Shown piece after piece: positions 57,176 through 64,000 of a stretch of 64,000 nt of DNA. The notes below the pieces were generated by a model. That model had not been told where the DNA came from, made no database searches, and worked only from the letters and a program-made list of their open reading frames with translations. The stretch's first letter is position 1; every line of letters begins with the position of its first letter. The position numbers were made by a program, and so were the translations under genes. The DNA comes from an uncultured virus (IMG/VR IMGVR_UViG_3300034272_002197) (Duplodnaviria; Heunggongvirae; Uroviricota; Caudoviricetes): IMG/VR virus record IMGVR_UViG_3300034272_002197; one strand, given 5' to 3'.

Positions 57176-60100
57176 ATGGCACAACAGTTAATTATTACCG
57201 GTAACGCAGCCAGCGATGGCGGTGGTGATCCGTTAAGAACAGCATTTACAAAGATCAACAACAATTTCACTGAACTTTACAGTGGTAATGTACAAATTAC
57301 TGCTGCCAATGTTTTGGTAAATTCAGTCAATGGGCAAATTGGCAATGTGTCTTTGACTGTGGTAGATATTCCCAATGCTGCAAGCAAGGGTTATGTTAAT
57401 AATGCTATTGCTGGTAATATTGCCGTTTTAAATTCTTCTTTTAGTTCTGTTAATGCAAATGTAGCTGCGGCCAATTCTGCAATTTCTAATCACACAGCTA
57501 GAATTTCTACTCTCGAATCTAATGCAGCCAGTCAAGGTACCACCTTGGCTAACTTGGTTGCAAGTAAAGCCTACATTTCTTATGTGGATTCTAGTATTGC
57601 TAACGCTCTAAGTAGCAATGCAATACTGGCCAACGTTGTTAGTGTAAATGCGAATGTGGCTGCTGCTAATGCCGCTATTCTAACCAAGGCCAATTTGTCT
57701 GGTGCTAACTTTACCGGCAATATCAGCACTGATCAGTATATTTTTGCGTCAGGAGCAAGAATAGGTAATGCAGACATTGATCTAGACAATGTCAATGGAA
57801 TTTTCAGTGTAGTTGATTCTAGACCTGGACCGTTTGGTATTACTGTCCAAAATCTAAACACCAGCGCAAACAGCATTGGTTTTGTGGCTGTATTAGCCGA
57901 CGACGGAACCCAAAACGAAAATTTGATTACAATTGGTGTCAATAATAGTAATTACAACGATCCAACCTATCCCGATGCCGAACCCCATGAGGCATTTGTT
58001 TTTGCCAATGGTGGTAATCTACGCATAATTTCCAACAATAATGGATTGGTATTTGCTGCTGGTACTTCAAGAATGTACCTGGATCCAGTGCGCGATCGTC
58101 TGGAATTGTTAAATGTAAATATCCAATTCCGAGACGGTACAGTACAATCAACAGCGTTTGGTGGTAATGTTAATACTGCTTCTATCGAAGCAAACGTGGC
58201 CGCTGCAAATGTAAGAATTGCAAGTTTACAAACTGCAACAACAATAAGCAATATTAATATTGCCAGTTTACAATCAAACACCGGAACCTTGGCCGCAAGT
58301 ATTAATACATTAACCGCTAATGCTGCCACACAAAGTATTTCTCTAGCAGCGATTAATGCAGCATTGACATTAGGTAATACCAATGCTGCCACACAAACCA
58401 CAGAAATAAATTCTTTACGAGCAAATATTACAGCCGCAAATTCCAATATAACAGTATTGCGAAGTAATATTACCAGCATCAGTCTTGATATCAATAACTT
58501 GTATTCCAATGCTGGTTTGCAATCTGCTACATTAAATAATTTGGTTTCTAATGCGGCCACACAGGCAACTACCTTGTCTGATCTGTATTCAAATGCAGCT
58601 ACTCAAAATGCAAGTTTACTTTCCCTTACTGCAAATTCTGCAACACAGGGCACACAAATCAATTTAATAAATTCCAATTTAACTTCGGCTAATACAAATA
58701 TCACAAGTTTGCAAAACGGATTGACTTTGGCAAATATCAGCATAGGAACGATACAAAGTAATCTTGGCGGATACATCTCTAACATAAGCACTATTAATGC
58801 CAATGTGTCGGCAGCAAACGTAGAAATTGTTAAACTACAAGCAAATATAACTGCGGCAAATGCAGTAATAAATTCAATTTTATCAAATTCTGCAGTCGGT
58901 GCAGGTGCAGTTATACAACTTCAAGCAAACAGTTCAGCCGCCAACGCTTCAATTGCTACCAAGGCAAATATTACAGGACAAGTGTTTACTGGCAATATTC
59001 AGGCGCCATTTGTGACAGCAAATACCACACTATACAGCCTGGGTAATTTGTCTGTTGGATCAAATACAGCATCAACATTTGCTAACGCAGGAGCAACATT
59101 TGTAGGAAATGTAAACAGTATCTACCAAGTTCTTGTACAAAATAAATCAACAGGAAACAATGCTATAAGTTCTTTAAAAATAGCATCAGACATTTCCACA
59201 GATACATCCACACATCTTTTAGCGGGTATCACAAGTAGTACCTATAGTGTCGGGCAATTTGACAATTTTGAAAACGTTAACACAGGCAATACTGCTTTTA
59301 TTTCAGCAATTGGTGCCAACCTAGTTATTAGTTCTAATGCAAACATTTGGTTAAATGCCAATGCTAGTGGTCTAGTCATGTTTTCCGACGGCGATGTTGC
59401 CCTGAGAAGTGCCAATCTAAGATTTAGAGACGGGAGTATTCAAACCACTGCGATCCAGGATGTAAATGGATTGTATGCAAATATCGGAACACTAAGCATA
59501 AATGTTGCTACGTTAACTACTACTGTTGGTACATTAACTGGTAATATAAGTACACTGACCGGCAATGCAGCTACACAAGCATCAGCATTGAATACATTGG
59601 ATGCTAATCTAGGCACAGTAACAACCAATATAACCAGTCTAACAAGTAATGCAGCCACACAAGCAACGGCAATCAATTTAATCAACGCTAACATTACTGC
59701 TGCTAATTTAAATATCAGTAATGTAAATTCCAATCTTGGTGCATATCAGACTTATGCCAATGCCAATGTGGTGGCAATACAGGCCAATCTTGGTGCATAT
59801 CAGACTTATGCCAATGCCAATGTGGTGGCAATACAGGCCAATCTTGGTGCATATCAGACTTATGCAAACGCCGAAGTAGCAACTACACAGGCCAATCTTG
59901 GTGCATATCAGACTTTTGCCAATGCAAACGTTAGCACACTACGAAACGAAGTAGACCTATTAAATTCCAATGCTGGCGTTCAAGCTGTATCGATTAATAC
60001 AATTAATGCCAACATTGGTTCTTATCAATTGTTTGCAAACGCCAATGTGTCAGTAATACAGGCCAATTTGGGTTCATTCCAAATATTTGCCAATGCCAAC

Positions 60101-60817
60101 GCTGCTGTACAAACAGGTCTTATTAATACAATAAATGCCAATGTTGCGGCCGCTAATGCAGCAATCGCAGCAATTGATTTTAGTTCGTTGACTGCCACCA
60201 ATGCCAATGTTGCAGCAGCCAATGTAGAAATAATTTCTTTACAAGCAAATGTCACTGCAATAAACTTGCAAATCGCAACAACCAGCATTAATGTGTTTGC
60301 CAATGCCGCTACTCAGCAAATTGAGATAGATGATCTACGTGCAAATATTACTGCTGGAAATGCTTTGGCAAATTTAAGAGCAATTACAAGCAATGTGGTT
60401 CCTAATGTAAATGTTGTTTACAGCCTAGGCGAAAATTCAAAACGCTGGGCCAATATATATGCTAACACAGCACTATATCTAGGTTTAAGCACAATTACAA
60501 CCAGTGGTGGTAATATCTACGTTGATGGAAATCCAGTTGGAGCAGGCACTTACGGTAATACACAAGTGGCGCAATATTTGCCATTTCACAATGCAAATAT
60601 TGCTGCAACCAATGTTAATGCATCTGCCAATATTGCAGCATCGTATATCAGTGCAACAGCAAATATTACTGCTCTTAACTTAAATGCTATCAGAGTTGTA
60701 ACTTCGAATGTGTCGTATACTCTTGCCAATGGAACGCATTGGTTATCTACAGTGTCTAATGTAGCTGCTGCGCTAGACCAAATTGCTGCAAGATTATACG
60801 CACTTGAGAACCCATAA
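57176..60817 (+). CDS. long Asn/Ala-rich virion fibre/structural protein
   Basis: N-terminal G...DG.GD.LR.AF.KIN.NF.ELY anchor motif, coiled-coil repeats; CATAAATA upstream. Confidence 0.8.
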   Translation: MAQQLIITGNAASDGGGDPLRTAFTKINNNFTELYSGNVQITAANVLVNSVNGQIGNVSLTVVDIPNAASKGYVNNAIAGNIAVLNSSFSSVNANVAAANSAISNHTARISTLESNAASQGTTLANLVASKAYISYVDSSIANALSSNAILANVVSVNANVAAANAAILTKANLSGANFTGNISTDQYIFASGARIGNADIDLDNVNGIFSVVDSRPGPFGITVQNLNTSANSIGFVAVLADDGTQNENLITIGVNNSNYNDPTYPDAEPHEAFVFANGGNLRIISNNNGLVFAAGTSRMYLDPVRDRLELLNVNIQFRDGTVQSTAFGGNVNTASIEANVAAANVRIASLQTATTISNINIASLQSNTGTLAASINTLTANAATQSISLAAINAALTLGNTNAATQTTEINSLRANITAANSNITVLRSNITSISLDINNLYSNAGLQSATLNNLVSNAATQATTLSDLYSNAATQNASLLSLTANSATQGTQINLINSNLTSANTNITSLQNGLTLANISIGTIQSNLGGYISNISTINANVSAANVEIVKLQANITAANAVINSILSNSAVGAGAVIQLQANSSAANASIATKANITGQVFTGNIQAPFVTANTTLYSLGNLSVGSNTASTFANAGATFVGNVNSIYQVLVQNKSTGNNAISSLKIASDISTDTSTHLLAGITSSTYSVGQFDNFENVNTGNTAFISAIGANLVISSNANIWLNANASGLVMFSDGDVALRSANLRFRDGSIQTTAIQDVNGLYANIGTLSINVATLTTTVGTLTGNISTLTGNAATQASALNTLDANLGTVTTNITSLTSNAATQATAINLINANITAANLNISNVNSNLGAYQTYANANVVAIQANLGAYQTYANANVVAIQANLGAYQTYANAEVATTQANLGAYQTFANANVSTLRNEVDLLNSNAGVQAVSINTINANIGSYQLFANANVSVIQANLGSFQIFANANAAVQTGLINTINANVAAANAAIAAIDFSSLTATNANVAAANVEIISLQANVTAINLQIATTSINVFANAATQQIEIDDLRANITAGNALANLRAITSNVVPNVNVVYSLGENSKRWANIYANTALYLGLSTITTSGGNIYVDGNPVGAGTYGNTQVAQYLPFHNANIAATNVNASANIAASYISATANITALNLNAIRVVTSNVSYTLANGTHWLSTVSNVAAALDQIAARLYALENP
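59732..59947 (+). repeat. 54-nt in-frame tandem repeat x4 (NLGAYQTYANANVVAIQA)
   Basis: units start at 59732, 59786, 59840, 59894; the first two are identical. Confidence 0.9.
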
Positions 60818-60848
60818 AATTGAGTAAATATAGAATAACGGAATAAAA

Positions 60849-63269
60849 ATGGCATATACAGCAATTAATATAGGTATTGAAGCAAACGACGGTACAGGTA
60901 GTCCGCTAAGAACGGCGTTTGATACGGTCAATGATAACTTTCAAATTATAAATGATGGATTGTACGCTGGCACAAGACAAACTATTATTAGTGCTCTAAG
61001 TACTCAAAGTGAATATTTTCTTTCAAACACTTATGTTTTGGCAAACACATATGTCAGTGCAGACAGTCTGATTGGTAATAGTGTTACCAGCAATGGCAAT
61101 TTATATGTTAGTCAAGGTGGTGCGTTTATCTATGGAAATGTCAACATTGTTGGTAATTTGACTGTAACCGGGTCGCAGCAATCTACGCAGACTTCAAGTG
61201 CAACTGCGCCTATTATTTTAATTCATGCCAACGCTTCCCCTTACACATCAAATGACAACAAAGACATTGGTTTAGAATGGCAATATTTTGATGGTGCAGA
61301 CAAATATGCCTTTATTGGAAGACAAAATACAACTGGTAGTTTAGTTTACTTAGATGACATCACCGAAACAGCAAACATAATTACCTCTGGATATTTTGGT
61401 AATGTACAGTTCGGACAACTTTTATTAAGTAATACCGAACAAGCTACTAGTAATGTAACCGGAGCTTTACAAGTTGCTGGCGGTGCTGGTATCCAAGGAA
61501 ATGTTTATGTACAAAGTAATGTGTTTGTTGGTAATACCGCAAATGTGGCCAATCTTACCGTAAGAGGATTTCATGTAGGCTCATTGAGATTTTCCGGAGC
61601 CGATACTGTTTTAATTAACGGTAGTCCAGTACAGACTGCTGCACAAGCATTCAATGGTGGTACTGTTGGTTTACAAACTGTTTTTGCTGATGTTACAAAT
61701 TCAACCGGATTAGGCACAGGTGCAGTAAGAATTGCAGGAGGATTTAGTGCTAACGGTAATGTATTTGTCAACAACTTACACACAATCGCTGGTGGTAATA
61801 TTAGATCAAACATTCTTGGTAATGTAATCACTAGCAATCAGCCGTTTATAACAACTCTAGGAACCCTATCAACTCTAAACGTTTCTGGACAAACATCAAC
61901 AGCAAATATTATACCCAACACAGATAATCAACGTTGGTTGGGTACTCCGGGTAGTAGATGGCAACAGGCACATATTTTTAATTTAACACCAGCTCAAATT
62001 ACCGGTGCAGTCAGTTTTAGTGGTGTTCCAAATTTTGGTTCAAATATTTTAGCAACCAGTGGCACAGACAGTGTAGACAAAACAACTGGCGCAATCGTAA
62101 TTACTGGATTTGGTGGGCTTGGTGTTGGCGGCACTATTCATGCCGGCGGTAATGTGTACATCGATAACATCAATGATGCATCTGGTTTAATTGCTTCAAC
62201 TACCAATGCATATGTATTCAACGAAGTGGCCAAAGAAATATATATTGGCCAAGCCGGTGTTACTAGATTTGGTAATACTACCAAAGCAACTGCACTGTCT
62301 ACCGGTGCAGTACAAGTTACATCAGGCGGTATGAGTATTAACTCGGGTAATTTATACATTGGAGGATCAGCTGGCAATGCTGTTATTGCTACTGGTAATA
62401 TCAGTGCTACTGGTAATTTGGTTACATTATCCAATGTATTTGCATCAGGTAATATTATAGGTGGTGTAGGTGTACGGGGATTCTTAGGAAATATATACGG
62501 ATCACAAACAACTGGCAACACTCATGTGGGATCACATTTCCGTCCTACTGCAAATGTTACATTGAATCTTGGTGAGTTTTTCTTAAGATACAACACTGTC
62601 TATGCTAATGTTGTAAACTCTTATTTTGTATCTGCAGCCAATGTCATTACATCAAATGTAGAAACACAAAATTTAACAACAGGTACTATCGTGGCCAGTG
62701 GCGGGGCATTTACAGGAGCAGTCACTGCACCAACAGCACCAAATGGTACAAATACCACACAAATTGCAACTACAGAATTTGTTTTCAATAATGCATTACC
62801 TGCAGGAGCATTGATGATGTGGGCAACTGGCTCGGCACCAACAGGGTGGTTGCTGTGTCAGGGTCAGGCCGTGTCTCGATCGACCTTCTCGACACTGTTT
62901 GCAGCGATTGGTACTACTTTTGGTAGCGGCGACGGCTCAAGCACATTTAATGTTCCGGATTACAGAGATAGAATGCCAGTGGGTGCTGGATCGTTGTATT
63001 CCTTGGGTTCTACTGGTGGTAGCAAAGATGCAATAGTTGTTGCACACAGTCATAGTTTGTCGGGTGGTGGCGTTAGTGGAACTTTTGTTACTGGTGTTTC
63101 TACTTCTAGTTCAAGTTTTAACACAGTAGGTTCGAGTGCAATTACCAGTGTATCAACAACAACCGGATCTCCAACTTACACCAACCCAACAGTACAATCC
63201 GCAGGATCTTCGGGAACAAATGCCAATATGCCACCATATCTAGGTATACAGTTTATTATTAAAACATAA
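60849..63269 (+). CDS. tail fibre protein with tail-collar domain
   Basis: same N-terminal anchor motif; PAG.LM.W....APTGWLLC.GQAVSR...LFAAIGT.FG.GDG..TF.VPD.R. Confidence 0.85.
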   Translation: MAYTAINIGIEANDGTGSPLRTAFDTVNDNFQIINDGLYAGTRQTIISALSTQSEYFLSNTYVLANTYVSADSLIGNSVTSNGNLYVSQGGAFIYGNVNIVGNLTVTGSQQSTQTSSATAPIILIHANASPYTSNDNKDIGLEWQYFDGADKYAFIGRQNTTGSLVYLDDITETANIITSGYFGNVQFGQLLLSNTEQATSNVTGALQVAGGAGIQGNVYVQSNVFVGNTANVANLTVRGFHVGSLRFSGADTVLINGSPVQTAAQAFNGGTVGLQTVFADVTNSTGLGTGAVRIAGGFSANGNVFVNNLHTIAGGNIRSNILGNVITSNQPFITTLGTLSTLNVSGQTSTANIIPNTDNQRWLGTPGSRWQQAHIFNLTPAQITGAVSFSGVPNFGSNILATSGTDSVDKTTGAIVITGFGGLGVGGTIHAGGNVYIDNINDASGLIASTTNAYVFNEVAKEIYIGQAGVTRFGNTTKATALSTGAVQVTSGGMSINSGNLYIGGSAGNAVIATGNISATGNLVTLSNVFASGNIIGGVGVRGFLGNIYGSQTTGNTHVGSHFRPTANVTLNLGEFFLRYNTVYANVVNSYFVSAANVITSNVETQNLTTGTIVASGGAFTGAVTAPTAPNGTNTTQIATTEFVFNNALPAGALMMWATGSAPTGWLLCQGQAVSRSTFSTLFAAIGTTFGSGDGSSTFNVPDYRDRMPVGAGSLYSLGSTGGSKDAIVVAHSHSLSGGGVSGTFVTGVSTSSSSFNTVGSSAITSVSTTTGSPTYTNPTVQSAGSSGTNANMPPYLGIQFIIKT

Positions 63270-64000
63270 TGAGTACAATCACATGGATTACAAAAAAAGG
63301 AGATTTGGGCACAGTTCCCGAATCTCAGTTTTTCTTACAGCAGTTCGAAGCTGTTGATAGTGATGCTCAACCTTTGTTTTACAGTTTTATTAGCGGTGAA
63401 TTGCCCGGGGGTATGTATATAACAAAATCAGGAGCATTGCGTGGAGTACCCACTATCCTGAGTTCTGTATCCCAAACTGCAATTTATGCATTTACAGTAA
63501 GAGCAACCAATCCACAAGGACGAGTTGCAGATCGATCTTTTTCAATAAGTGTTAGCAATATAGCGGGTCCTCAAATATTCCCTAGACCCAATCTTGTTGG
63601 AGCTTTTTTTGACGGTGAATATTTAGAATATCAATTTTCATCAATCAATGACAATCCAGCCGCTGTGCAGACATGGAATGTGCTAGCAGGGAATCTTCCT
63701 CCCGGGACTACTTTGTCAGCCGATGGTAAACTTTCTGGCTATCTTGAGGTTATTGCATCTAATACAGATTTACTGGGCTTTGAAGCTACAGGAATAGAAT
63801 CAGTTGTGTATGATGTTTTGCCCGAAAGTACTGATCGTAATTATAACTTTACAGTACAAGTCAGTGATGGTGTTAAATTTGATACTCTTAATGTCAGAGT
63901 TTTAGTTGTCAGTAAAGCAAACTTTACTGGTGACAACGATATTACATTAATTAATAATACATTCTTGACCATTGATCAAGATAATCGTTATCGTCCTATA
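63269..64000 (+). CDS. large structural protein with putative Ig-like repeats (truncated by window end)
   Basis: open to the window end; ISGELPGG...G.L.G.P and GNLPPG.TLS..G.LSG repeats. Confidence 0.75.
   Translation, partial: MSTITWITKKGDLGTVPESQFFLQQFEAVDSDAQPLFYSFISGELPGGMYITKSGALRGVPTILSSVSQTAIYAFTVRATNPQGRVADRSFSISVSNIAGPQIFPRPNLVGAFFDGEYLEYQFSSINDNPAAVQTWNVLAGNLPPGTTLSADGKLSGYLEVIASNTDLLGFEATGIESVVYDVLPESTDRNYNFTVQVSDGVKFDTLNVRVLVVSKANFTGDNDITLINNTFLTIDQDNRYRPI

Noticed and set aside
57733..62521. Minus-strand ORFs inside the fibre genes
   Set aside because: They are antisense shadows caused by biased Asn/Ala/Thr codon use.

Overview
This 64 kb window is part of a large, T4-like (jumbo-type) tailed phage genome. 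It uses the standard genetic code and almost all genes are on the + strand. Host-like genes (ahpC/ahpD, erpA, infA, pqqA, a phasin-like gene) point to a betaproteobacterial host, by inference. It contains dense arrays of small early genes behind repeated sigma70 promoter cassettes, uvsE, a late operon of probable head-packaged proteins sharing an MRxxEF N-terminus, a ParB-like/MutH-like/HNH-like triad, a circularly permuted tmRNA, DNA ligase, redox and metabolic genes, 26 tRNAs covering all 20 amino acids with several unannotated structured RNAs between them, and the start of a tail-fibre region. The standout observation is at 37563-37780. A promoter drives a probably leaderless 40-codon leader peptide that samples 23 of the 24 codon boxes. 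It is coupled to mutually exclusive antiterminator and terminator hairpins directly upstream of the tRNA/ncRNA region. This is a candidate ribosome-mediated attenuator that would sense depletion of almost any tRNA. All calls were made by eye from motifs; no searches or folding programs were run.
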